Positions 19,028-29,043 of a stretch of 64,000 nt of DNA are shown piece by piece (position 1 is the first letter of the stretch; every line of letters begins with the position of its first letter). Below the pieces are notes generated by a model. It did not search any database. It was not told the DNA's origin and worked only from the letters and a program-made list of their open reading frames with translations. This DNA comes from Dehalococcoidia bacterium (lineage in GTDB: Bacteria > Chloroflexota > Dehalococcoidia > GIF9 > UBA5629), in NCBI GenBank assembly GCA_050011565.1, contig JBEKIW010000001.1, forward strand, positions 128,001 through 192,000. Direction: 5' to 3'. The position numbers were made by a program, and so were the translations under genes.

Positions 19028-19765
19028 ATGAAGAAGCCAATTCTAAAGATTTTGTTAATATCGCTCATGCTACTTAGCATATCAACTGGCTGTGTGTCCA
19101 AAAAGGCTATCACGGACGAGTTTGTTGATTGTTTGCTAAAGACGAATGCCGGCACTGTAGACAAGGTAGATTCGGATTTACAGATTATAGACCAGAATCT
19201 GTATATTACTGAAGAGAAGTTATTGAAACTGGAGCAAGTGATGGTTCCGGCGCTAGAATGGATAGAGAATCAGAAGGTCAAGTTGCTCGAGGAGCATAAG
19301 TATGGTTCATGGCATAGTCGGGTGACACCGGAAAGTTTATCTGAATTCAAAAATGACCAGTACGAGGTAACGGCACTGGAACTTTTTGTCCATGGAATCG
19401 GTACTCCAAATCAGGAGTTCGACACCGTAATTAAGGTTACGGATTTATCCACAAAAATACAGAGCGATCAGGAAACGATTGAGAATGAACTTAAATGGCG
19501 GAAGTCAACTCTTGAGCAACAGAGGCAGGTAGAATTAGAAGAGGGACACCTATCCACGTCAACCCTCCTAAGTGTCATTGAGCACTCGGGGGACTGGGAG
19601 ATACGGGAGATTAACAGCACCACTTACAGCATCAGCGGTCCTGGTTTAGGAATGGACGGAAAACTTACTACAGGTAAGTGGACCTACGACAGAACCTCGA
19701 AAGAAATTATACCCGCCGATACCCAGAGTGCGGCGCTACAGGACGTACTCTCGGGTGGATTGTAG
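19028..19765 (+). CDS. Hypothetical lipoprotein with coiled-coil segments
   Basis: GGAGG RBS; MKK + hydrophobic core + STGC; no recognised domain. Confidence 0.7.
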   Translation: MKKPILKILLISLMLLSISTGCVSKKAITDEFVDCLLKTNAGTVDKVDSDLQIIDQNLYITEEKLLKLEQVMVPALEWIENQKVKLLEEHKYGSWHSRVTPESLSEFKNDQYEVTALELFVHGIGTPNQEFDTVIKVTDLSTKIQSDQETIENELKWRKSTLEQQRQVELEEGHLSTSTLLSVIEHSGDWEIREINSTTYSISGPGLGMDGKLTTGKWTYDRTSKEIIPADTQSAALQDVLSGGL

Positions 19766-19893
19766 TTCCTGGCAATCTCTTTAAGACGATGATGCAAACA
19801 ATTAATGAACCCTATTCGACAAGTCTATCTGAAGATATCATGAGAGATACGGCAGCATAGCCTGCGTTATATGCTTAAGAGGTGCGAGGCGAT

Positions 19894-20427
19894 ATGGAGA
19901 AGACTTTAACAAGTCAGCGGATTTATGAAGGTCAGGCGGTGAAACTGAGGGTCGATACGGTACGGAAACCCAGCGGCAAGATAACCACCAGGGAAATTGT
20001 GGAGCACAGCGATGCTGTGGCGGTAGTGGTTCTGGACTCTAGGGACAGAGTTATTCTGGTCCGTCAGTATCGCAAAGCCGTGGGCAAGACGCTCTTAGAA
20101 ATCCCCGCCGGCGGCGTCGATCCCGGTGAGCAACCTATCGGCAGTGTCCGCCGTGAGTTACAGGAAGAGATAGGTTATTTGCCCAATAAGATAGATAAAC
20201 TCGGAGGATTCTATTCAGCTCCCGGATATTGCACAGAATATCTGCACCTGTATCTGGCTACATACCTTATACCCAGCCGGCTCGAGGCTGAGGACACCGA
20301 TGAGATTGAGGTCGTTAGAGTGCCACTGGCCAAAATATCTGATCTTATTGCCTCAGGTGAAATTGCCGATGCCAAGAGCGTTGCCGGCTTACTTAGAGTT
20401 ATGTCACTAGGACTGAAAGGCAGCTAG
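19894..20427 (+). CDS. NUDIX hydrolase, ADP-ribose pyrophosphatase (NudF-like)
   Basis: REIVEH, RQYR, EIPAG...GE......RRELQEEIG Nudix box, SAPG. Confidence 0.92.
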   Translation: MEKTLTSQRIYEGQAVKLRVDTVRKPSGKITTREIVEHSDAVAVVVLDSRDRVILVRQYRKAVGKTLLEIPAGGVDPGEQPIGSVRRELQEEIGYLPNKIDKLGGFYSAPGYCTEYLHLYLATYLIPSRLEAEDTDEIEVVRVPLAKISDLIASGEIADAKSVAGLLRVMSLGLKGS

Positions 20428-20436
20428 CTGCGAAAG

Positions 20437-20994
20437 TTACGCCTTAATCTGATACTTTGCCTTGCCCTGCTCGTATAAGTCGCTGCCATAGATATCGTTA
20501 ATGACAGTGGCTGGGAAGTTTTCTATCTCCAGCCGGCGTATGGCTTCGGCACCCAAATCTTCGTAGGCTATTACCTCTGCCTTCTTGATGCTCTTGGAAA
20601 TGAGTGCTCCAGCCCCACCGATAGCAGCAAAGTACACTGCTTTATATTTTTTAAGGGCATCTTTCACCGCTGGTGACCGGTTACCTTTGCCTATCATTCC
20701 TTTGAGGCCGGCAGCCATAAGACGAGGAGCATAGCTGTCCATCCGGCCGCTGGTTGTCGGTCCCGCCGAGCCGATGACCTGCCCCGGTTTAGCTGGAGAC
20801 GGACCCATATAGTAAACCGTCTGATTGGTGAGGTCAACGGGCAGCTTTTCGCCCTTATCCAGAGTTTCAACCAGGCGTTTGTGGGCGGTGTCTCGGGCCG
20901 TATAAATCACACCCGTAATGAACACCTGGTCGCCGGCTTTCAATTTCTTGACGGTTTCTTCATCAAGCGGCGTTTTTATATTTATAGTTGCCAT
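20437..20994 (-). CDS. Class I fumarate hydratase, beta subunit
   Basis: TARDTAHKR, GPTTSGRM, IGKG motifs. Confidence 0.92.
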   Translation of the reverse strand: MATINIKTPLDEETVKKLKAGDQVFITGVIYTARDTAHKRLVETLDKGEKLPVDLTNQTVYYMGPSPAKPGQVIGSAGPTTSGRMDSYAPRLMAAGLKGMIGKGNRSPAVKDALKKYKAVYFAAIGGAGALISKSIKKAEVIAYEDLGAEAIRRLEIENFPATVINDIYGSDLYEQGKAKYQIKA

Positions 20995-21020
20995 TATTAC
21001 TCCTCCGTAGCCATGTTCGC

Positions 21021-21848
21021 TTAGCCCTGTTTCACGGTGAATTCAGGGAAAGGAAGCTTGGGTTTAGCCTGTGCAGATGGCCGCACCGTAGAAGCGGGCG
21101 GCTCCTTTTTACCAAGTCCTAAAGTCCGGGACATCACACGCCTTTTAAGCAGTTGAATAGCCAGAGCCGGGTCTACTCCTTTGGGGCAGGATTCTGAGCA
21201 GGCGCCGGCGAGGTGGCAGTGCCACACACCATGGTCGGTGCCCACCACCGGGAATCTTTCGAGTTCACCGGCATCACGGTTGTCTGCACAGTAGCGATAA
21301 CACTGAGCCAGTGCCTGAGGGCCGTGAAACAGCTTGTCGCTGGCTGAAGTCGGGCAGGCCGAGACACATATACCGCACTTAATGCAGTAGGTGAACTGCA
21401 GGAAGCTCTCTAATGTCTGGTGTGACTGGCCAAATTCAGCAGTAGGATTTTCCATTTCATTAGAATCATTGCGGAGCATGTAAGGCTTAACAGATTTGTG
21501 GATTTCGAAGAACGGAATCAAATCAACCACCAGGTCTTTGATTATGGGGAAGTTTGGTAACGGCTTAATGGTTAATCTGTTCGAATGGAACTCTTCTATC
21601 TGAGTGTGGCAGGCTAGGTGAGGATAGTTGTTGATAAGCATGCCGCACGAGCCGCATATTGCCATACGGCAGGAGGTGCGGAAGGCGATGGTGCTGTCCA
21701 GGTTTTCTTTTATGTAAATGAGACCGTCGAGCACCGTCAGGCCTCTACTGGACGGCACTGTGAATTCTTGAAAATGGGGATTGCTGCCCTTTTCCGGGTC
21801 GTATCTCCGGACTCTGAATGTTATCTGCTCAGTTTTTTGTGTATCCAC
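21021..21848 (-). CDS. sdhB: Succinate dehydrogenase/fumarate reductase Fe-S subunit (start moved to GTG 21848 after AGGAG)
   Basis: SCRMAICGSCG, CIKCGICVSACP, CHLAGACSESCP cluster motifs. Confidence 0.93.
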   Translation of the reverse strand: MDTQKTEQITFRVRRYDPEKGSNPHFQEFTVPSSRGLTVLDGLIYIKENLDSTIAFRTSCRMAICGSCGMLINNYPHLACHTQIEEFHSNRLTIKPLPNFPIIKDLVVDLIPFFEIHKSVKPYMLRNDSNEMENPTAEFGQSHQTLESFLQFTYCIKCGICVSACPTSASDKLFHGPQALAQCYRYCADNRDAGELERFPVVGTDHGVWHCHLAGACSESCPKGVDPALAIQLLKRRVMSRTLGLGKKEPPASTVRPSAQAKPKLPFPEFTVKQG

Positions 21849-21856
21849 AATATCTC

Positions 21857-22222
21857 CTATCGGGACAGCAGGGCGATCGGCACATAGCTGGCCCAGACAA
21901 ATATGATTATGCCAAAAGCCAGGATAGCCCAAGTCACCACACGTTCAGTCCTGGCCGACGGTGTCAATTCGAGTATAACGTTGCGCAGCCCGTTGAGGGC
22001 GTGATACAGGACAACCGCCAGTAAAGCTATATATATGCCGGCCCATATGACCTGGCGGGACCTTTCTATCATGGAATTCCACGAAGCCGGGTCATTTAAA
22101 TTGACGCCGAAAAAGCGGAGGATATCTTCGAGGTGCTGCATAACCATGTGTATGCCAAGTAACACTGCTATCAGAACGCCGGTGACCAGTTGCATCAACC
22201 ACAGGTAGGTATAGCGCCGCAT
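21857..22222 (-). CDS. sdhD: Succinate dehydrogenase membrane anchor subunit D
   Basis: Three TM helices, LMQLVTG, IHM and YHALNGLR His motifs. Confidence 0.85.
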   Translation of the reverse strand: MRRYTYLWLMQLVTGVLIAVLLGIHMVMQHLEDILRFFGVNLNDPASWNSMIERSRQVIWAGIYIALLAVVLYHALNGLRNVILELTPSARTERVVTWAILAFGIIIFVWASYVPIALLSR

Positions 22223-22665
22223 TACCAGCCTCCCACGATGAAGTCATAAAAGAACATCAGGCACAGGACTATGATTATGCCGATAATTGCCATTGTCCAG
22301 GAACGCTTTTTACGCAGCGAATCACTATAGGGATAAATCGGCGGAATCGGCTTTGCCATCAGAAAACCGAGTTCTTGCAAGATGAGGCGCAGGCCGTTTA
22401 ACGCATGAAAGGAGAAGGCGACAGCCACCAGATATTCGCCGGTTTTAAACAACGGATTGCTAAGAAATCTCATGGCGGTCTCCCACACTGCCTGACCTTG
22501 AATCCGGAAAAAGGTGGTCACAATCAGATGGACAAGCAGGAAGAGCAGGATTCCCAGGCCGGTGACGCGGTGCAATATATAGAGGTAACGTTCCAGCTTA
22601 TAGTTGCCAGCCCAAACCCAGCCACCGGCTCCCAGGTAGTTTGGTCGCGGCCGTATCTGTCTCAT
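22222..22665 (-). CDS. sdhC: Succinate dehydrogenase cytochrome b subunit C
   Basis: LHRVTG, LVH and FHALNGLR motifs. Confidence 0.88.
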   Translation of the reverse strand: MRQIRPRPNYLGAGGWVWAGNYKLERYLYILHRVTGLGILLFLLVHLIVTTFFRIQGQAVWETAMRFLSNPLFKTGEYLVAVAFSFHALNGLRLILQELGFLMAKPIPPIYPYSDSLRKKRSWTMAIIGIIIVLCLMFFYDFIVGGW

Positions 22666-22675
22666 AGTTAGCTTC

Positions 22676-24385
22676 CTAATATTTCCTTTCTACCGGTCGC
22701 CACATGGTGATATTTACCGGAATGTAGTCCAGCCGTGGCCCTTTTGGCGTGTAATGAGCCAGGGTGTGTTTGAGCCAGTCGACATCGTCACGCTTGGGAA
22801 AATCTCTTCGGGAGTGAGCCCCGCGGGACTCATTGCGGGCTATAGCTCCGGTGACGATGATTTCAGCCAGATCAAGCAGGTTATCGACTTCCAGACAACT
22901 GAGCAGGTCGGTGTTATATATGTGTCCGTGGTCTTCGACCTTTACACCCGGCAGACGCTGCTTTAGTTCCTGGATCTTGTCAAGTGCTGTTTTCAAACCT
23001 GACCCGGTACGGAAGACGCCTACCTGACTGTCCATTGTCTTCTGCAGCTCCTTGCGCAAAGCATAGGCACTTTCCCGTCCTTTAGGGCTGAATCTGTTGA
23101 AGACTCTAGCCTCCTCGTCTTTCAATCTTGTTTCTTTTGGCGGTGGAGGCATGACTTTTTGCCTGGAAGCATATTTAGTGGCTTCATCTCCGGTTATCTT
23201 GCCCCAGACGAGGCATTCGGCGGTGGAGTTGGAACCGAGGCGGTTGGCGCCGTGTAGTGAGACACAGGCCGCTTCTCCGGCTGCCCAGATGCCTTCCACC
23301 GGTGTGGCTCCTTTAATGTCGGTATGGACGCCGCCCATGAAATAGTGAGCCGCGGCTCGAACAGGTATCGGCTCGAAAATAGGGTCGATGAAGTTGAATT
23401 TCATGGCGACCTCTCGAATCATGGGCAGACGGTCGTTGATTTTAGCAGCGCCCAGATGACGCAGGTCGATGTGAACATAGTCGAGGCCTTGGGGGCCAGA
23501 AAATCCCCTGCCTTCCTCTATTTCAGTCATCTCCGAACGCGACACGATATCTCGAGGAGCTACTTCCATCTTGGATGGAGCGTATTTTTCCATAAATCTT
23601 TCGCCTTTGTTATTGAGCAGGTAGCCGCCTTCGCCTCGTGCCGCTTCTGTAATCAATATTCCCGAGGGTACCAGTCCGGTAGGATGGAACTGGACGAATT
23701 CCAGGTCCTTGATGGGCAGTCCGGCGCGGTAAGCCATAGCTAAACCATCGCCTGTGGCAGTCAGTGAATAGGTGGTGAACCCGAACATGCGGCAGGCGCC
23801 GCCGGTGGCTATGATTAGAGCTTTGCCTTGCATTAAGAAGAACTCGCCGCTGGTCAGGTCCCAGGCGGTTAAGCCGCAGAATACGTTGTCTTTTATTATT
23901 ATGGAACTGACGTAGCATTCGTCATATCTACTTATATTGTCATATCTCTGCAACGTGTCGTAAAGGGCCTGCATTTCGGCGAAGCCCGTCTTATCGGCAG
24001 CGAACACGGCGCGGTCATAGGAATGGCCGCCGAATGGTCGTTGCGCTATACGTCCGTCCGGGCGGCGCGACCAGGGTATACCCCAATGCTCCAGCAGGAG
24101 TATTTCTTTAGGCGCTTCTTCAACGAAGCGCTTCACTACGTCCTGGTCGCAGAGGAAGTCGGCGCCGCGTACCGTGTCCCAGGCATGTAATTCGAAACTA
24201 TCTCCTTCTTCCGGCTGCATGACTGCCGCAGTGCCACCCTCGGCGCAGACTGAATGGGAACGCATCAACTGGACCTTGGAGATGATGGCAACATCTAGGT
24301 CCGGATTTCGGGCAGCTTCGATGGCAGCACGCAGTCCGGCAAGTCCTGAGCCCAGAACTATAACATCGTGTTTTCTCCCCGTCAC
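22676..24385 (-). CDS. sdhA: Succinate dehydrogenase/fumarate reductase flavoprotein
   Basis: GSGLAG, RSHSVCAEGG, QFHPT, HGANRLGSNS, ESRGAH. Confidence 0.96.
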   Translation of the reverse strand: MTGRKHDVIVLGSGLAGLRAAIEAARNPDLDVAIISKVQLMRSHSVCAEGGTAAVMQPEEGDSFELHAWDTVRGADFLCDQDVVKRFVEEAPKEILLLEHWGIPWSRRPDGRIAQRPFGGHSYDRAVFAADKTGFAEMQALYDTLQRYDNISRYDECYVSSIIIKDNVFCGLTAWDLTSGEFFLMQGKALIIATGGACRMFGFTTYSLTATGDGLAMAYRAGLPIKDLEFVQFHPTGLVPSGILITEAARGEGGYLLNNKGERFMEKYAPSKMEVAPRDIVSRSEMTEIEEGRGFSGPQGLDYVHIDLRHLGAAKINDRLPMIREVAMKFNFIDPIFEPIPVRAAAHYFMGGVHTDIKGATPVEGIWAAGEAACVSLHGANRLGSNSTAECLVWGKITGDEATKYASRQKVMPPPPKETRLKDEEARVFNRFSPKGRESAYALRKELQKTMDSQVGVFRTGSGLKTALDKIQELKQRLPGVKVEDHGHIYNTDLLSCLEVDNLLDLAEIIVTGAIARNESRGAHSRRDFPKRDDVDWLKHTLAHYTPKGPRLDYIPVNITMWRPVERKY

Positions 24386-25227
24386 AATATCGACTCCTTA
24401 TGACGGGCGCACCAGCATTGAATATTGACGGCAACCGGCATGCTGGCGATATGGGCCGGAAAGACTTCAGCATGGACGGCCAGTGCGGTGGTCCGGCCGC
24501 CGTAACCCATCGGCCCTATACCCAGGTTGTTGACGCGTTTCAGGATTTCTTTCTCCAACTCGGCAACCTCGGGGTCGGGATTCGGTTCGCCGACTTTACG
24601 CAGTAGCGCTTTCTTGGCCATGGCCATAGTTTTATCTGTAGTTCCGCCTATGCCCAGGCCGATAATGATTGGCGGACATGGGTTGCTGCCCGACTCTTCG
24701 ACAAGATTGACCACAAAATCTATAATTCCCTGACGCCCTTTGGCTGGAGGCATCACAGTCAGGCGAGAGCAGTTTTCCGAGCCGCCTCCTTTGGGCAGCA
24801 CACTGATTTTGAGTTTATCGCCGGGTACAATATCGGTGTGGATGATTGCCGGCGTATTATCTTTGGTGTTGACGCGGGCGGAGAATGGCTGACGGACCAT
24901 GGATTTGCGCAGATAGCCTTTCTCGTATCCCTGACGGACTCCCTCATTTATACAGTCATAAAGTTCACCGCCGTTTATATGGACTTCCTGCCCTAGCTCC
25001 AGCATGACCACCGCGGCGCCGGTATCCTGACATAGAGGAATTTTTTCCCGCTTAGATACTTCTGTGTTTTCGATAATCTTATCCAGCACATCCCTGGCCA
25101 CCGGAGACTCTTCCTTTTCTCTGGCCTGCTTAATAGCAACCAGCACATCTTCCGGTAGATAAAGGCAACCTTCCTGGAAGAGACTGGATACGGTTTCGGT
25201 TATCTGTTTGCAGTCGATATCCCGCAT
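24382..25227 (-). CDS. Class I fumarate hydratase, alpha subunit
   Basis: PLCQDTG, LRKS.V, PKGGGSEN, NPCPP, CWCARH. Confidence 0.93.
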   Translation of the reverse strand: MRDIDCKQITETVSSLFQEGCLYLPEDVLVAIKQAREKEESPVARDVLDKIIENTEVSKREKIPLCQDTGAAVVMLELGQEVHINGGELYDCINEGVRQGYEKGYLRKSMVRQPFSARVNTKDNTPAIIHTDIVPGDKLKISVLPKGGGSENCSRLTVMPPAKGRQGIIDFVVNLVEESGSNPCPPIIIGLGIGGTTDKTMAMAKKALLRKVGEPNPDPEVAELEKEILKRVNNLGIGPMGYGGRTTALAVHAEVFPAHIASMPVAVNIQCWCARHKESIL

Positions 25228-25234
25228 TGGACAA

Positions 25235-26164
25235 TTACTCCAACTTCATTATTTTGATAAGCTCCCGTACGGCTTCGGCTGATTTCTTGAGTGCCGAACT
25301 TTCCTCTGCAGTCAGCTTTAATTCGATTACCTGCTCCATGCCGTTTTTACCTATCTTGGCTGGCACGCCGACTACTACGCCTTTTATACCGTATTCGCCT
25401 TCGAGGCGAACGGCGCAGGGTAAGATTCTCTTCTTGTCCAGTAGTATGGATTCCACCATTTGAGCCGTAGCCGCCGCCGGTGCATAAAAAGCGCTTCCCG
25501 TCTTTAGCAGGGCAACTATTTCCCCTCCGCCTTTTACCGTTCGCTCCACGATTTTGTTTACGGTCTCCTGGGGTAAAAGCTCGGTTATGGGTATGCCGCC
25601 GACAGTGGTCAATCTGGGGATGGCAACCATGGTGTCACCATGCCCGCCGAGAACACAGGCATTAACATCTTCGACTGAGACATTGAGTTCCCGGGCGATA
25701 AAAGTTCTGAATCTGGAAGAATCTAAAATGCCTGATTGGCCGATTACACGTTTTCGGGGGAATTTACTTACGGCAAGTGCCAGCTGGGTCATGGCATCCA
25801 GCGGATTAGCTACCATGATAAGTATGCTCTTGGGCGAGTATTTGACCACCTGCTCGGTGACCGATTTCACAATATTCATATTTGTCAATACCAGGTCATC
25901 GCGGCTCATGCCCGGCTTTCTAGGCACACCGGAGGTGATGGCTACGATGTCGGAATTGGCGGTCTCCTCATAGGAATTAGTTCCGATGACGCTGGCATCC
26001 GAACGCGTAATCGGGCCGGTCTGCAGCATGTCCAATCCTTTGCCCTGAGGCAAGCCTTCAACGATGTCCACAAGCACTACATCGGCGTATCCCCATTCGG
26101 CGATTCGCTGTGCCAGCGTGGCTCCTACGTTTCCTGCACCGATAACACTAACCTTACTTCGCAT
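25235..26164 (-). CDS. mdh: Malate dehydrogenase (LDH-like)
   Basis: [31 protein letters not shown]. Confidence 0.96.
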   Translation of the reverse strand: MRSKVSVIGAGNVGATLAQRIAEWGYADVVLVDIVEGLPQGKGLDMLQTGPITRSDASVIGTNSYEETANSDIVAITSGVPRKPGMSRDDLVLTNMNIVKSVTEQVVKYSPKSILIMVANPLDAMTQLALAVSKFPRKRVIGQSGILDSSRFRTFIARELNVSVEDVNACVLGGHGDTMVAIPRLTTVGGIPITELLPQETVNKIVERTVKGGGEIVALLKTGSAFYAPAAATAQMVESILLDKKRILPCAVRLEGEYGIKGVVVGVPAKIGKNGMEQVIELKLTAEESSALKKSAEAVRELIKIMKLE

Positions 26165-26165
26165 T

Positions 26166-27254
26166 TCAGCCTCCTTGCCTTTTCAATTTTTTAATCACGG
26201 CATCAGCGACTTCTAAGGTCGTTGCTGCAAGTTGATTCCGGTCAGTTTTTAAGTCGTAGGTTACGCTCTTGCCTTCAGCAATGACACCAGCTATAGCTTT
26301 TTCCAGACTGTTTGCGGCTTTAATTTCACCGAGGTGGCGCAGCATCATAGTCGCAGAGAGCATCATGGCCATGGGATTAACTCTATTCTGTCCGGCGTAT
26401 TTTGGAGCACTGCCATGCGTGGGCTCAAAAACCGCTATATTATCACCTATGTTAGCCCCTGGTGCAACCCCCAATCCGCCAACTAATCCGGCACACAGGT
26501 CGGATACGATATCTCCGTAGAGATTAGGCAGTACGATAACATCGTATTGTTGTGGATTCCGGACAAGGCGCATGCATAGTGCATCTATAACTACGTCTTC
26601 GAACTCTATAGATGGATATTCCTTAGCCACCTCGCGGGCGGCGTCCAGAAAGATGCCGTCGGAGAACTTAAGTATGTTAGCTTTGTGAGCAGCGGTGACC
26701 TTTTTTCTATTATTAGCGCGAGCGTATTCAAAGGCAAACCTAATGATACGCCGGGAGGCTTTTTCCGAAATCACCTTTATGCTGAAGCCGGAATCTTCTT
26801 TAACTTTTATCTGTGTAGTCTCGAGAATAAACCTTGTTAGGGAGGCACTTCCCAGGGTATCTCTGGCAAATTCAATGCCGCTGTAAAGGTCTTCCGTATT
26901 CTCGCGAACTATTACGATATCTACGTTTTTAAAAGGCGTAGGCGCGCCCTGGTAGGTTTTGCACGGGCGGAGGCAGGCATAGAGGTCTAAACGCTGGCGC
27001 AATGCCACGTTTACGCTTCTGAAGCCGGTGCCTATCGGTGTGGTCACCGGACCTTTTAGAGCTACCTTATTCTTTCTAATAGATTCGAGAACAGAATCGG
27101 GTAAAGGCGTGCCGAATTTGTCCTCAGCTTTTTGACCGACTATCCCAACATCCCACTCGAATTTGACACCGGTGGCTTCTAATGCACGCTTAGTCGCCTC
27201 GATAATCTCAGGGCCGATTCCATCGCCGGGGATAAGAGTTACTCTATAAGGCAT
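26166..27254 (-). CDS. icd: Isocitrate dehydrogenase (isocitrate/isopropylmalate family), likely NADP+
   Basis: PGDGIGPE; RSVNVALRQ isocitrate-type S/N motif; HGSAPKYAG with K-Y, indicating NADP. Confidence 0.85.
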   Translation of the reverse strand: MPYRVTLIPGDGIGPEIIEATKRALEATGVKFEWDVGIVGQKAEDKFGTPLPDSVLESIRKNKVALKGPVTTPIGTGFRSVNVALRQRLDLYACLRPCKTYQGAPTPFKNVDIVIVRENTEDLYSGIEFARDTLGSASLTRFILETTQIKVKEDSGFSIKVISEKASRRIIRFAFEYARANNRKKVTAAHKANILKFSDGIFLDAAREVAKEYPSIEFEDVVIDALCMRLVRNPQQYDVIVLPNLYGDIVSDLCAGLVGGLGVAPGANIGDNIAVFEPTHGSAPKYAGQNRVNPMAMMLSATMMLRHLGEIKAANSLEKAIAGVIAEGKSVTYDLKTDRNQLAATTLEVADAVIKKLKRQGG

Positions 27255-27277
27255 AATATTTTTCGTCTTCAGACAGG

Positions 27278-27787
27278 TCAGAGCTCGAAGTCGCCGTGCT
27301 TGCTTATATAAGGGATAAGCCCGCCTTCGTTGAGTATGTCTACCATCACCTTCGGGATTTTACCAAAGGTAAGTTTGGTATTTTTGGTCAGGTCAATGAT
27401 ACTACTTTCGCTCAAATTTACTTCTATTTCATCGCCGGCGCCAATTTTATCGGTGTCGCAAATCAGCACGGGCAGTCCCTGATTTATAGCATTTCTGAAA
27501 AAGATGCGGGCGACCGATTTTGCCAGTATGGCGCTCACTCCAGCCATTTTAATGACCAACGCCGCATGTTCACGGCTGGAACCGAGCCCGAAGTTCTTGC
27601 CGGCAACGATAAAGTCACCCGGTTTTACTTTGTCGACGAAAGTCGGGTCGGCGTCTTCCATAACGTGTTTGGCCAGTTCCGGCAGGTCGCTTCTCAAATT
27701 TGCGTATTTGCCGGGTATAATATGGTCGGTGGAAATGTTGTCGCCGAACTTGAAAGCTCTGCCTCTAAGAACCGCGTCAGGCATCAT
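27278..27787 (-). CDS. Aconitase-family (LeuD/HacB-type) small subunit
   Basis: NISTDHIIP, NFGLGSSRE, ARIFFRNA. Confidence 0.9.
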   Translation of the reverse strand: MMPDAVLRGRAFKFGDNISTDHIIPGKYANLRSDLPELAKHVMEDADPTFVDKVKPGDFIVAGKNFGLGSSREHAALVIKMAGVSAILAKSVARIFFRNAINQGLPVLICDTDKIGAGDEIEVNLSESSIIDLTKNTKLTFGKIPKVMVDILNEGGLIPYISKHGDFEL

Positions 27788-29037
27788 GCCACCTCTCTCG
27801 GGTCGGTGATTTCGCCGGTCAGTGCCGAGGCAGCGGCAGTGGCCGGGCTGGCCAGATATATCGAAGCTTCAGGGTTGCCCATGCGGCCTTTGAAATTACG
27901 ATTGGCCGTGGACAAGCAGACCTCATTATCTCCGAGTACGCCTTGATGCACGCCGAGGCAGGCGGCGCATCCCGGCGGCAGTATCACGGCTCCGGCATTG
28001 ACAAAAATCTGGATGTAGCCGATTCTCATAGCTTTGCTCAGGACTTGCTGCGATGCCGGAGCTACGATTAATCTGACCATCGGATTACGCTTCTTACCTT
28101 TGAGTATGGCAGCGGCGGCGGCCAGGTCTTCGAGTCGACCGTTGGTACAGGTACCGATAAAAACCTGGTCGATTTTGGTGCCGGCCAGCATCTTTACCGG
28201 ATTGACATTGTTCACGGCGTGAGGCATGGCTACCATGGGTTCCAGCTCTGAGGCGTCGAGGGCAATAGCCCTCTCGTATTCGGCATCGGCATCGGGTTGC
28301 AGCGCCTGGTATTTGCTACCTCTGCCCTGAGCTGCCAGGTACCTCCTGGTTATATTATCGCTGGGGAAAATGCCGACCTTAGCGCCGGCTTCCACCGCCA
28401 TATTGGCTACGGTCAGGCGCTGAGGTAAGGTCATGTTAGCTACAGCGTTGCCGTCGAATTCCAGCGCTTTATAAGTGGCGCCGTCGGCACCGAGCACCCC
28501 GATAAGATGGAGGACAAGGTCCTTGGCGCCCACCCATTTTTGAAATTTGCCGTTTATGCTGATTTTGAATGTTTCCGGCACTCGAAACCACGTTTTGCCC
28601 AGTGCGAAAACGACGGCAATGTCGCTGGAGCCCATTCCGGTGGCGAAGGCACCTAGACCGCCGGCAGTGACCGTATGGGAGTCAGCACCGACGATGATAT
28701 CCCCCGGGTTGGCGAACTTTTCCGCCACAAGCTGGTGACATATACCGCTGCCGCCTTCAAAAATCTGGCAGCCGGTCTCCTCAGCAAAGCGACGCAGGAG
28801 CTGATGATCATTGGATAGCTGCCGGTTGGGGCTGGGTATGGCGTGGTCGAGAAAGATGGCTGTCCGCTGCGGATTGGCCAATATGCCGTGTTTGACCTCT
28901 TTAAACTGCCGTACAGTCAAGGGGCCGGTGGTGTCCTGAACAAAGGCTAAATCTACAGGGGCAATTACAATATCGCCGGCTCTGGCGTCGGTCCCCGATT
29001 TGTCACCTAGTATCTTCTCACTGAGGGTTTTCCCCAT
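27784..29037 (-). CDS. Aconitase-family (LeuC/HacA-type) large subunit
   Basis: DH, GICHQ, DSHT, GTCTNGR, CAAC, STANRNF.GRMG. Confidence 0.92.
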   Translation of the reverse strand: MGKTLSEKILGDKSGTDARAGDIVIAPVDLAFVQDTTGPLTVRQFKEVKHGILANPQRTAIFLDHAIPSPNRQLSNDHQLLRRFAEETGCQIFEGGSGICHQLVAEKFANPGDIIVGADSHTVTAGGLGAFATGMGSSDIAVVFALGKTWFRVPETFKISINGKFQKWVGAKDLVLHLIGVLGADGATYKALEFDGNAVANMTLPQRLTVANMAVEAGAKVGIFPSDNITRRYLAAQGRGSKYQALQPDADAEYERAIALDASELEPMVAMPHAVNNVNPVKMLAGTKIDQVFIGTCTNGRLEDLAAAAAILKGKKRNPMVRLIVAPASQQVLSKAMRIGYIQIFVNAGAVILPPGCAACLGVHQGVLGDNEVCLSTANRNFKGRMGNPEASIYLASPATAAASALTGEITDPREVA

Positions 29038-29043
29038 TGGAGC

